DNA of 60,121 nucleotides, the filler included. It is 7 parts of 7 records of this genome, joined end to end, with 100 filler letters (N's around TTAATTAATTAA, not from the genome) between each part and the next. Parts side by side here need not be neighbours in the genome. Positions count along the whole stretch, not along the records: positions 1 to 13,458 come from SRR31156797_43386; positions 13,559 to 19,514 come from SRR31156797_43451; 5 more parts are not named here. The stretch is one strand, 5' to 3'. A program made the position numbers and the translations under genes. Positions 1 through 13,801 of this stretch are shown piece by piece (the first letter of the stretch is position 1; the number at the start of each line of letters is the position of its first letter). Under the pieces are notes generated by a model. It saw only the letters and a list, made by a program, of their open reading frames with translations. It was not told the DNA's origin and searched no databases.

Positions 1-1
1 T

Positions 2-1411
2 GGGCAGGATGTTGACGTGGAAGTGGTTGTCGCCGATATGGCCGAAGGCGACCCATTCCAGGCCCGCCTCGTCCAGCTTGTCGACATAGAAGGACCAGAT
101 CTCGGTCAGGCAATCGTCGGGAACGGCCAGGTCGGTGCCGAGCTTGTGCAGACCGGGATGATCCTTCTTGCGTTCGCCGATGATGGCGTTGACGGTTTCC
201 GGCAGGGCGTGGCGGAAATGGCGGAAACGGGCCAGATCGCGGCGTTCGTACCCGGCCCAGGTATCGGCCAGGTTGGCGCCGCAGCGTTCGGTGATCTCAC
301 GCAGCCAGCCGAAATCGGGCTTTTCCTCGCTGCCGTTAAAGGCGATGTCGTAAAAGATGGCGGCGCCGGCGCCTTCCGGGATCGGCGGCATGTCGATGAA
401 TTTCGGATTTTCGATCTGCTTGGCGCGCAGCAGGGCCAGCGCGTTGGCGTCATAGAATTCGATGAATTCAGGCCTGACCTTGGCTTCGACACGCAACGCC
501 TTCACGAAATCGATGGCGGCGTCCGCCGACGGCAGGATCTGGACGACCGAAATGCTGTCGTGCTGGCGTTCCAGCGCCACCTCGATCTGGGTAATGATGC
601 CGAACAGGCCTTCGGACCCGATGAACAGGTCGATCATGTCCATGCCCGGGGCGGCGAAGAAACCGGCCGTGTTTTTGGTTTCCGGCATGTCGTATCCGGG
701 CAGCCTGAGGACCGTCTCGTTGCCGGCCGCATCGACGACGGTGAAGGTGCGGTCCTCGGTGGCGAAATATTCGCCGCGCGGGATATCCAGCAATTCGCCG
801 GAAGCCAGCATCACATGCAACCGGCGCACCCATTTGCGGGTCGCCTTGTATTTGTAGCTGGCCGCACCCGAGGCATTGGTGGCGACGGTTCCGCCCAGGG
901 ACGCGCTCATTTCCGTCGGGTCCGGCGGATAGAAGTATCCGCACGGCGTTTCCTTGAATTTTTCCAGCGCTTCCAGGGTTTCCGGCCCGGCCCGCCGGGT
1001 CAGTCCGGGGAAGCTTTTCTTGTTCACCCAGTCGTTGAGGTCATGCAGCGTCACCGCGGTTTCGGCCAGGACCCGCCATTCCTTGGTCTTTTCATCGAAG
1101 CGGATATCCAACGTCTTGTCGAAGCGGTCCATGGTGACGACAGCGCCGCCGGCCGGCACGCAGCCGCCGACCAGGCCGGTGCGCGCGCCGGCAATCGTGA
1201 CGGCCAGTCCGCGCTTGCCCATTTCGCGCATGATGGTTGCCAATTCGGCTTCGTCGTTGGGGAAAAACAGGAAATCGGCGCCTTGATGCGGCAGGCGCGA
1301 TTCATCGGCCAGATAGGGGCCGTAATTGGCGGCGATTTCGTCGATGCCCTCGATTTTGCGGATCTTGTCGAAATCGGCGTCGGGCACGGTTTGGCAGGTT
1401 ATTCGGTTCAT
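2..1411 (-). CDS. FAD-binding oxidoreductase (GlcD / D-lactate dehydrogenase family), 3' end cut by window edge
   Basis: Absent from ORF track; manual minus-strand translation from ATG 1411 gives GARTGLVGG, FYPPDPTEMSASLGGTVATNASG, LFIGSEGLFGIIT, FGHIGDNHFHVN. Confidence 0.9.
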   Translation of the reverse strand, partial: MNRITCQTVPDADFDKIRKIEGIDEIAANYGPYLADESRLPHQGADFLFFPNDEAELATIMREMGKRGLAVTIAGARTGLVGGCVPAGGAVVTMDRFDKTLDIRFDEKTKEWRVLAETAVTLHDLNDWVNKKSFPGLTRRAGPETLEALEKFKETPCGYFYPPDPTEMSASLGGTVATNASGAASYKYKATRKWVRRLHVMLASGELLDIPRGEYFATEDRTFTVVDAAGNETVLRLPGYDMPETKNTAGFFAAPGMDMIDLFIGSEGLFGIITQIEVALERQHDSISVVQILPSADAAIDFVKALRVEAKVRPEFIEFYDANALALLRAKQIENPKFIDMPPIPEGAGAAIFYDIAFNGSEEKPDFGWLREITERCGANLADTWAGYERRDLARFRHFRHALPETVNAIIGERKKDHPGLHKLGTDLAVPDDCLTEIWSFYVDKLDEAGLEWVAFGHIGDNHFHVNILP

Positions 1412-1426
1412 GGTTTTTCCTTGGGA

Positions 1427-2185
1427 TTACGTTTCCTGCTGGTTGCTTTCGATCAGGCCCAAGCGCCGGGCGGCGCTGGTCAGATGGGCCCGGACGGCGT
1501 CGCGGGCGGCATCTGCGTCGCGCGAGGCGATGGCCTGGCAAATTTGTTCGTGTTCGCGCTGCGCCGTCGGCGTCCATTCCTCGACCTGGGCCGAATTATG
1601 CCGCGCCGCGGCAATCGATCCGGTGACGCTGATCGCCAGAAAGATCATGAAATCCCGGTAATAGGGATTGTTCGACGCCTCGGCGATGGCGCGATGAAAT
1701 TCGGCGTCCGCCGCGATGCCTTCGGCGTCGTCGGTTTGCTTGTTGACCGCCTCGGCCATGCGGATCAGCGATTCCTCGATGCGCGCCAATTGCGCATCCG
1801 TCCGCCGCTCTGCGGCCAGCGCCGCGGCGCCGGTTTCGACCTCGGCGCGCAGCTCAAACACATAACGAAGGTCGTCCTGGGCCGACAGGTTTTCGGTACC
1901 GATGCGCCAGGTCAGGCTGGCCGGGGATTCGGCAACAAAGGCGCCGGACCCCTGTTTGGTTTCAATCAGGCCGTCGGACTTGAGGCGGGCCAGGGCTTCG
2001 CGGGTGACGGCGCGGCTGACCCCGAATTGTTCGGACAGCTCGGCCTCGGTCGGCAGGCGCTGACCGCGCGACAGTTTGCCCTCGGCGATTTCGCGTTCGA
2101 GCACGCCGGCGATTTCGTCGGGCAGGGCTTTTCGGCGGGTGACGGCGGCAAAGCGCGCCGGGGCCGCTGGAGTCGCCTTGTCCAT
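1427..2185 (-). CDS. GntR family (FadR subfamily) transcriptional regulator
   Basis: wHTH LPTEAELSEQFGVSRAVTREAL plus FCD domain (ELRAEVE, DAEFHRAIAEASNN, EHEQI). Start placed at ATG 2185 because the longer TTG start (2299) falls inside the operator palindrome. Confidence 0.9.
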   Translation of the reverse strand: MDKATPAAPARFAAVTRRKALPDEIAGVLEREIAEGKLSRGQRLPTEAELSEQFGVSRAVTREALARLKSDGLIETKQGSGAFVAESPASLTWRIGTENLSAQDDLRYVFELRAEVETGAAALAAERRTDAQLARIEESLIRMAEAVNKQTDDAEGIAADAEFHRAIAEASNNPYYRDFMIFLAISVTGSIAAARHNSAQVEEWTPTAQREHEQICQAIASRDADAARDAVRAHLTSAARRLGLIESNQQET

Positions 2186-2284
2186 GGGTTGCTCTCGCTC
2201 CGCCTCGAATTCTCGCCGTTCGCCAAAGGGCAACTGCCCGGCATCCGGCCTTATCCATTGCTTGGGCGGAATTTTATCAAAAAT

Positions 2285-2307
2285 CAGGTTGTCTGACAAC
2301 CTGTCAA
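2285..2307 (-). promoter_or_regulatory. FadR-type operator palindrome overlapping a -35 TTGACA
   Basis: Perfect inverted repeat CAGGTTGTC-T-GACAACCTG (2285-2303); minus-strand TTGACA at 2302-2307; upstream of the regulator gene. Confidence 0.7.
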
Positions 2308-2359
2308 ATCATGGGAGGAAGTCGTTTATAGTCAACCGAAGGCACAAGCGTCGCCGGAT

Positions 2360-3502
2360 CTAAGCCGCCGCTTGGTAGATGGCGACGATGTCGTCGCGGG
2401 CCAGTTCGCGCGGATTATTGTCGAGCAGGCGTTTTATGGCGAAGGCGTCGTCGGCCATGGCTTCGAAATCGTCCGCTGGCACACCGAGATTGCCGAGCCG
2501 CATTTCGATGCCCAATCCGGCACAGAAGGCATAGGCGACGTCGCGCACCGATTCCGGCCCCATGGTCAATTTGCGGTCGTAACCGAGGGCTTCCAGGATA
2601 TCGCCGGTCCGATCCATCGCCGCCGGCGTGTTGAACCCCAGCACATGCGGGAAGATCACCGCGTTGGCGTGGCCGTGCGGCATGTGGTGCCGCGTGCCCA
2701 ACGGATAGGCCACCGCGTGCCCGGCCGCCGTGTTGACCGGTCCCAGGCACAAACCGCCGTAATAGCTGACCAGGCACATGCCGGCGCGGGCATCGACGTC
2801 GTTGCCGTCGGCGACGGCGCGCGGCAGGTATTCCCCGGCCAGCCGGATGCCCTGCAGGGCGTAATGGTCGATGGCCGGATGGGCCTTTTTGTTGGTATAG
2901 GCCTCGACGCAATGGGTCAGGGCGTCGACGCCGGTGGCCGCCGTGATGGCCGGCGGCATGGTCATGGTCAGGGCCGGATCGATGGCGACCATGTCGGCCA
3001 GCATGTGGCGGCTTTCGACGGCCAGCTTGCGGGCTTCGGTGGTATCCGTGACCAGGGCGCGGGTGCCGGCTTCGCTGCCGGTTCCCGACGTCGTCGGCAC
3101 CTGGGCCAACAGCGGCCAGCGCCCCTTGACGCGTTCGGGGCCGATCACCTCGGCCAGGGTCTGACCGCCGTCGGCAAGCACGGCGACCAGTTTTGCCAGG
3201 TCCATGGCGCTGCCGCCGCCGAAGCCGATGACAAGGTTGGGTTTGAGCGGCCCGGCTTCGACGAGAATAGTATCGAGATCGCCGGTATCGGGTTCGCCGT
3301 CGTTCAGCGAGACGATTCGAACATCGGCGCTTTCCGGTAATTCCAGCAGGTCGACACGGGCCGTATTGAAGCGATCGGCGATCACGAAAATGCGCCTGGC
3401 GTCGCGCATTCGGGCCCAATCGCCGATGCGCGCAGCGACGCCGGTTCCCATTTCCAGGATCGGCGGATGCAGCAGGTTGAGGGGGCGGTTGATGCCGTCC
3501 AT
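2360..3502 (-). CDS. Iron-containing alcohol dehydrogenase
   Basis: GFGGGSAMDLAK, VPTTSGTGSE, DALTHCVEAY, GHAVAYPL, HGHANA; start MDGINRP at 3502. Confidence 0.92.
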   Translation of the reverse strand: MDGINRPLNLLHPPILEMGTGVAARIGDWARMRDARRIFVIADRFNTARVDLLELPESADVRIVSLNDGEPDTGDLDTILVEAGPLKPNLVIGFGGGSAMDLAKLVAVLADGGQTLAEVIGPERVKGRWPLLAQVPTTSGTGSEAGTRALVTDTTEARKLAVESRHMLADMVAIDPALTMTMPPAITAATGVDALTHCVEAYTNKKAHPAIDHYALQGIRLAGEYLPRAVADGNDVDARAGMCLVSYYGGLCLGPVNTAAGHAVAYPLGTRHHMPHGHANAVIFPHVLGFNTPAAMDRTGDILEALGYDRKLTMGPESVRDVAYAFCAGLGIEMRLGNLGVPADDFEAMADDAFAIKRLLDNNPRELARDDIVAIYQAAA

Positions 3503-3743
3503 GTCTTGAAGTCCTTCCGTCGGCGCCGGCCGCCGAGCAGGTTGCGGCCGCCGAATCCCGTACTCCCGCCCGGGTCCGATTGCAAGACCGTAACGGATGA
3601 AGGTTTTTTGCACGCAAGGCGGCGCCTTCACCGACATGTGAGCCGGATGGAAGGGCGATTGCGCGGTTTGCGGGCGAATTGAAGAGAGGGAATCCCAATA
3701 TATCCCCTAACGAGACGTTCGATAACGATCATGAGGTAAACCC

Positions 3744-4706
<963 letters not shown>

Positions 4707-4839
4707 GGCCGGTTAATCCGGCCGCCGTCTAAATTTGCCGCCGGCACGGCCACGCGGTAAAATGAATAGGGAGTGGCGCAACGCGCCCAAACCAATTATC
4801 TCGTAGATGTAAGCAGTTATTCGCCCGACGGAATTTGCC

Positions 4840-5556
4840 ATGCCATCCGGTGACGGAAAACTACCCACGACCAAGTCAACGGCGTCCGACGTCAACGCCT
4901 TCCTGGAAAAGGTCGCGTCGACGCCGACAAGCAAAACAGCGGGACAGCGCGGCCGCCTGATCTTTGCCATGGACGCGACCGCCAGCCGCCAGCCGACCTG
5001 GGACCGGGCGGCGCAGATCCAGGGCGAGATGTTCACCGAGACGGCCAATCTAGGCGGCATCGAGATCCAGCTTGTGTTCTATCGCGGCTTCGGCGAATTC
5101 AAGGCCAGCCCGTGGCTTTTTGAAGCCCACGATATGCTGCGGATGATGACGTCGGTCTATTGCATGGCCGGTGAAACCCAGATCGGCAAGGTCATGAACC
5201 ATGCCATCAACGAGACCAAAAAGAGGAAGGTCAACGCCGTCGTCTTTGTCGGCGATTGCGTCGAGGAAGATATCGACCGGCTGGGCGCGGTTGCCGGCGA
5301 ACTCGGTTTGATGGGGGTTCCCGCCTTCATTTTTCACGAAGGCATGGACCCGGTGGCCGAATACGCCTTCAAGCAGATTGCCCATTTGACCAACGGCGCC
5401 TGTTGCCGGTTCGATTCGGGCAGCGCCCATGTCCTGAAGGAACTGCTGAGCGCGGTTGCCGTCTTTGCCGCCGGCGGCCGGGCGGCGCTGGAGGACCTGG
5501 CGAAAAAGCGCGGCGGCGAAACCCTTCGCATCGCCCATCAGGTCAAGGGCGGTTGA
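4840..5556 (+). CDS. VWA-domain protein
   Basis: MIDAS-like LIFAMDATASR, GETQI, VFVGD in a Rossmann-like pattern. Confidence 0.8.
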   Translation: MPSGDGKLPTTKSTASDVNAFLEKVASTPTSKTAGQRGRLIFAMDATASRQPTWDRAAQIQGEMFTETANLGGIEIQLVFYRGFGEFKASPWLFEAHDMLRMMTSVYCMAGETQIGKVMNHAINETKKRKVNAVVFVGDCVEEDIDRLGAVAGELGLMGVPAFIFHEGMDPVAEYAFKQIAHLTNGACCRFDSGSAHVLKELLSAVAVFAAGGRAALEDLAKKRGGETLRIAHQVKGG

Positions 5557-5586
5557 TCGCGTTGACAATTATGGATCGGACATAAC

Positions 5587-6345
5587 GTGCTTCCGTATTT
5601 CATCCTCGGTATCGCCCTTCTGGTCGGGTTTCTGCTGATCGGGCGCTGGTTCGCCAACGCCGAACCGAAGGCGCTGATCAAGGGTCTCAAGATCTTGGGC
5701 GTCGTGGTGGTTCTGGCCGTCATCGTATCGTTGGCCGTGACCGGGCGTCTGGCCTGGGCGGCGATGGCCCTGCCGGCGCTGTTTCCCTGGTTCATGCGGG
5801 CCCGGTCGCTGCATCGCGCGGCGCGCAATTTTTCGCGCATGTCGGCGGGGCTGCGCGGCGGTTTCGGCAGCACGCCGGGGCAGACCTCCGAGGTCGAAAC
5901 CCAATACCTGAAAATGACCCTGGACCACGGGTCCGGCGGCATGAACGGCGAGGTCACCAACGGACCCTATGCCGGGCGCCGGCTCGACGATATGTCGCTG
6001 CCGGAACTGCTCGATCTGCTCAATACCTGCATCCTGCACGATGCGCAGTCGGCGCAGGTGCTGGAAGCCTATCTCGACCGGGTTTTCCCCGACTGGCGCG
6101 AGCGCGTCCAGGCCGAACAGGCCGGCGCCAACAACAACCACGGCGGGGCGGGGGGCGCGTCCGGGTCCGGCACCATGAGCCGGGAAGAGGCGCTCGAGGT
6201 GCTCGGCCTCGAAGCCGGCGCCGGCGAAGAAGAGATCAAGGCGGCGCATCACCGCCTGATCGCCAATCTGCATCCGGACCACGGCGGCTCGACCTATCTG
6301 GCCGCGCAGATCAACCAGGCCAAGGACGTGCTGCTCGGATCCTGA
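5587..6345 (+). CDS. Membrane protein with C-terminal J-domain (Pam18/Tim14-like)
   Basis: N-terminal hydrophobic helices; C-terminal EALEVLGL...LHPDHGGSTYLAAQINQAKDVL with HPD. Confidence 0.85.
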   Translation: MLPYFILGIALLVGFLLIGRWFANAEPKALIKGLKILGVVVVLAVIVSLAVTGRLAWAAMALPALFPWFMRARSLHRAARNFSRMSAGLRGGFGSTPGQTSEVETQYLKMTLDHGSGGMNGEVTNGPYAGRRLDDMSLPELLDLLNTCILHDAQSAQVLEAYLDRVFPDWRERVQAEQAGANNNHGGAGGASGSGTMSREEALEVLGLEAGAGEEEIKAAHHRLIANLHPDHGGSTYLAAQINQAKDVLLGS

Positions 6346-6359
6346 GTGCGGCCGGACCG

Positions 6360-7172
6360 CTATCGCGGCAACCCCATGAAATCCAGAAACGGCCCGAACT
6401 GTCCTTCCAGCATGTGAATGCCGGGGTGGATGCGAAATCCCAGACGTTCGGCTTCGCGCAGCAGGCGCGTCACCGGCGGTTTCATCACCGCTTCGGCGAC
6501 GATGGCGCCGGCGCCGAGCCGGTCGGGGTCGAACGGCAGCGGATCGCCCGGATCGAGGCCCAGCGGGCTGGCGTTGATTGCGATATCGAAGCCGGCCGGC
6601 CCGATCGAAGCGTCCGGCGTTTCGATGGCGAGACCGGGCATCGAGCCGCGCAGCGACTCGGCCAGTTTTTCGGCCTTTCCCGGGGCCGGATCGACGATGG
6701 CCATGCGTGACGGACCGGTGTCGGCAAGCGCGAAGGCGATGGCGGTTCCGGCGCCGCCGGCTCCAAAAACGATGACCGATTTTCCGGCCGGATCGATGTT
6801 TTTCGACCGCAGGCCCTCGACCATGCCGATGCCGTCGAACAAATCCCCAGCCCAGCGCCCGGTTTCGGTTCTGCGCGCCGCGTTGACGGCACCGGCCCGG
6901 CGTGCCTGCGGGCCCAATTCATCGACCAGCCCGGCGGCGGCGAATTTGTGGGGCACCGTGATGACAAGGCCCTCCAGGTTGGCCAGCGCCCTGAATCCGT
7001 CGAAGGCGGCGGCCAGTTGGTCGGGGCGGACATGGATCGGAAGGAAAACCGCGTCGATTCCCAGGCGGGCGAAATGGGCGTTGAAGACCTCGGGCGATCG
7101 GACTTGGGCGATCGGATCGCCGACGATGCCGAAAAGCCTCGTGGAACCCGAAATCGATGTTTCCGACGCCAT
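6360..7172 (-). CDS. Shikimate dehydrogenase family protein (AroE-like)
   Basis: GDPIAQVRSP, ITVPHK, GAVN, DGIG, GAGGAG, NASPLG, GIHML; start ATG 7172. Confidence 0.88.
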   Translation of the reverse strand: MASETSISGSTRLFGIVGDPIAQVRSPEVFNAHFARLGIDAVFLPIHVRPDQLAAAFDGFRALANLEGLVITVPHKFAAAGLVDELGPQARRAGAVNAARRTETGRWAGDLFDGIGMVEGLRSKNIDPAGKSVIVFGAGGAGTAIAFALADTGPSRMAIVDPAPGKAEKLAESLRGSMPGLAIETPDASIGPAGFDIAINASPLGLDPGDPLPFDPDRLGAGAIVAEAVMKPPVTRLLREAERLGFRIHPGIHMLEGQFGPFLDFMGLPR

Positions 7173-7258
7173 GAACCGTGCCCTCCCGGTGATAAAATCA
7201 TACGCACCGAGAACCTGCCAGGGTCGGCGTTCCGGGTAAAGAGCCGAGCAGACAAAGG

Positions 7259-7318
7259 CGGCACAAACCATGCGCGCAAGGGTTGTGCCGGCCGATTGCA
7301 TTCGGCACAAATTTTGCT
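7259..7318. promoter_or_regulatory. Cluster of three sigma54 (-24/-12) like elements
   Basis: GG-N10-GC: + CGGCACAAACCATGC (GG 7260, GC 7272); - CGGCACAACCCTTGC (7276-7290); + CGGCACAAATTTTGCT (GG 7304, GC 7316). Confidence 0.65.
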
Positions 7319-7359
7319 GGGATGTCGGTAAAATCGAACTCGCTAGGCAGGAGATTCCC

Positions 7360-7920
7360 ATGGATGGCGTCATCGGCGTCGGGGCGCATACCCGGTACGA
7401 AAGCTATCGGCAGAGCATGCAGGTTTTCCCAGAACCGGAAGGCGAGGAGGCCGACCAAAACACATCGGCCGCCACTTCGAAGCCGGGGTTCGGCGTTGAA
7501 ACACAGGCGCAGCCGGCAACCGAACCGTCCCTGCTTGTGGCCATTCAGGAAGCAAACCTGGGACAGGCATCTGACGACGAGGAAAGCGACAACCCGGACC
7601 GCCTGTTCGCAGCCAAGGAGGAAAGCGAACAGGACCAATTGATCGAGGAAATCCTTGAGGTTGGCTTCGTTGACTGGGCCCACGAACAATGGTTGGAGAA
7701 GATCCGCGAGAAGGCGCGTCAGACCGCCCTTGCGAGCATGGGTCTGACCGAGGCCGACGTGGCGAATATGACGCCTGAGATGCAGGAACAGGTCGAGCGC
7801 CTGATCAAGGAGATCGTCGAGGCGGCGGTTCGCAGCGCGACCGAGGGAACCGCCGATGAGGAGGCTAAAGACGAGAACAACGAAGCAAAGGTTCTGAACC
7901 CGATCGTTACGGGAAAGTGA
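7360..7920 (+). CDS. Acidic hypothetical protein (186 aa)
   Basis: RBS GCAGGAG before ATG 7360; low-complexity acidic N-half; helical C-half (KIREKARQTALASMGLTEADVANMTPEMQEQVERLIKE). Confidence 0.7.
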   Translation: MDGVIGVGAHTRYESYRQSMQVFPEPEGEEADQNTSAATSKPGFGVETQAQPATEPSLLVAIQEANLGQASDDEESDNPDRLFAAKEESEQDQLIEEILEVGFVDWAHEQWLEKIREKARQTALASMGLTEADVANMTPEMQEQVERLIKEIVEAAVRSATEGTADEEAKDENNEAKVLNPIVTGK

Positions 7921-8262
7921 ACCGTTCGGCCCGGTAAATCCGGTTTTTGCCGATGCCGCCCATCTGACTGCCGGTGGGCAAATTTCTCCCTGCCTGAGCA
8001 TTTTCTGCCGGTAGAAAGCGGGACGGATGCGGGCCGACGGCTGAGGGCGGCCCGCATAAACCTTCCATGGTACGAAAAAAACCGAAGACGGACCGCTATT
8101 CGCGCGACAAGGGATGCTGCCGACGGCGGCGTCCCTCGGGGCTTGCGATCTGTCCGTAGCCTCGCGCGACGGCGGCTTGCCCCGGCCCGGCGCCTGTGGC
8201 ACAAAGGCCGCGATTCGATGGAAGGGGCCCTCGGCCAGAATGTGAACCCTGGGGAACAAACA

Positions 8263-9132
8263 ATGATTCAACCCGTGCGCAAGGCCGTCTTTCCGGTGGC
8301 CGGTCTGGGCACCCGTTTTCTGCCCGCAACCAAGGCCATGCCGAAGGAAATGCTGACGATCGTGGACAAACCACTGATCCAGTATGCGGTCGAGGAAGCG
8401 CGGGAAGCGGGCATCGAGGAATTCATCTTCGTCACCGGGCGCGGCAAGACGGTGATGGAAGATCATTTCGATCACAGCGTCGAGCTTGAACAAATCCTGG
8501 AAGAGCGCGGCAAAACCGAGGCCCTGGCGCGGATTACCGGCGCGATGCCGAAGCCCGGGCAATTGTCGTTCACGCGCCAGCAAAACCCGCTGGGTCTGGG
8601 GCACGCCGTCTGGTGTGCCCGCAATTTCATTTTCGGCGAACCCTTTGCCGTGTTCCTGGCAGACGATCTGATCCTGTCGAAACCCGGCGTCCTGAAGCAG
8701 ATGGTCGATGCCTACAACCAGGTCGGCGGCAACGTCGTTGCGGTCGAGGACGTGCCGCGCGAGATGACCAACCGTTACGGCATTCTGGATGTTGAAACCG
8801 ACGACGGCCGTTTGGCCAAGGCCAGGGGACTGATCGAAAAACCGGATCCGGCCGAGGCGCCGTCGACCCTGTCGATCATCGGGCGCTACATCCTGCAACC
8901 CGAGGTTTTCGCCCAATTGGAACGTCACGACAAGGGTGCCGGCGGTGAAATCCAGTTGACCGACGCCATCGCCCGAACGATCGATAAGGTTCCGTTTTAC
9001 GGCTACCGGTTCGAAGGCCAACGGTTCGATTGCGGGCAACGCCACGGGTTCATTGCGGCCAACATCGCCTTTGCCATGCAAATCGACGATCTGCGCGACC
9101 AGGTGATCGAGGTTCTGGACAAATATTCATGA
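8263..9132 (+). CDS. galU: UTP--glucose-1-phosphate uridylyltransferase
   Basis: KAVFPVAGLGTRFLPATKAMPKEML, LGLGHAVWCA, EKP, GEIQLTDAI. Confidence 0.97.
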   Translation: MIQPVRKAVFPVAGLGTRFLPATKAMPKEMLTIVDKPLIQYAVEEAREAGIEEFIFVTGRGKTVMEDHFDHSVELEQILEERGKTEALARITGAMPKPGQLSFTRQQNPLGLGHAVWCARNFIFGEPFAVFLADDLILSKPGVLKQMVDAYNQVGGNVVAVEDVPREMTNRYGILDVETDDGRLAKARGLIEKPDPAEAPSTLSIIGRYILQPEVFAQLERHDKGAGGEIQLTDAIARTIDKVPFYGYRFEGQRFDCGQRHGFIAANIAFAMQIDDLRDQVIEVLDKYS

Positions 9133-9190
9133 CGTCGGCCTGGCGCATGCCATGACGACGATCGGTAAAACCTGAAAAGGACAATTTTAA

Positions 9191-13458
<4,268 letters not shown>

Positions 13459-13558
13459 NNNNNNNNNNNNNNNNNNNNNNNNNNNNNNNNNNNNNNNNNN
13501 NNTTAATTAATTAANNNNNNNNNNNNNNNNNNNNNNNNNNNNNNNNNNNNNNNNNNNN
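13459..13558. other. Artificial contig linker
   Basis: N44-TTAATTAATTAA-N44 (stops in all six frames); composition changes abruptly across it. Confidence 0.99.
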
Positions 13559-13690
13559 TGGGGAAGACCTGTGAAAATCAGGCGCAGTCGCGCTGCCGTG
13601 AATGGTGACGAACTCAACAGAGGCCACTCCTGTAAAATGACGGGGGGAAGGCGTTGAGCGAGGATGAACCTAAGCCGGAATATCCAAATG
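13559..13690 (+). ncRNA. Cobalamin riboswitch (5' part cut by contig start)
   Basis: GGGAA...GTGAAAATC...CGCTGCCGTG...GCCACT...GGGAAGGC...AAGCCGGAA elements in order, directly upstream of a TonB receptor. Confidence 0.85.
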
Positions 13691-13801
13691 TTTTAAACAA
13701 GCTTCGCGAAAAGGCTGAACATGTTTCATGAATTATCAAAAACATACAAATAAGCTCATAAGTCGTTGTTTTGCGATGCATTATTGCATGGGAGAAGAAT
13801 T

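Noticed and set aside
17-2296. 759-aa plus-strand ORF
   Set aside because: Antisense shadow of the FAD oxidase and FadR genes in high-GC DNA; no motifs
13503-13514. TTAATTAATTAA recurring six times
   Set aside because: Synthetic six-frame stop linker, not a biological repeat or CRISPR
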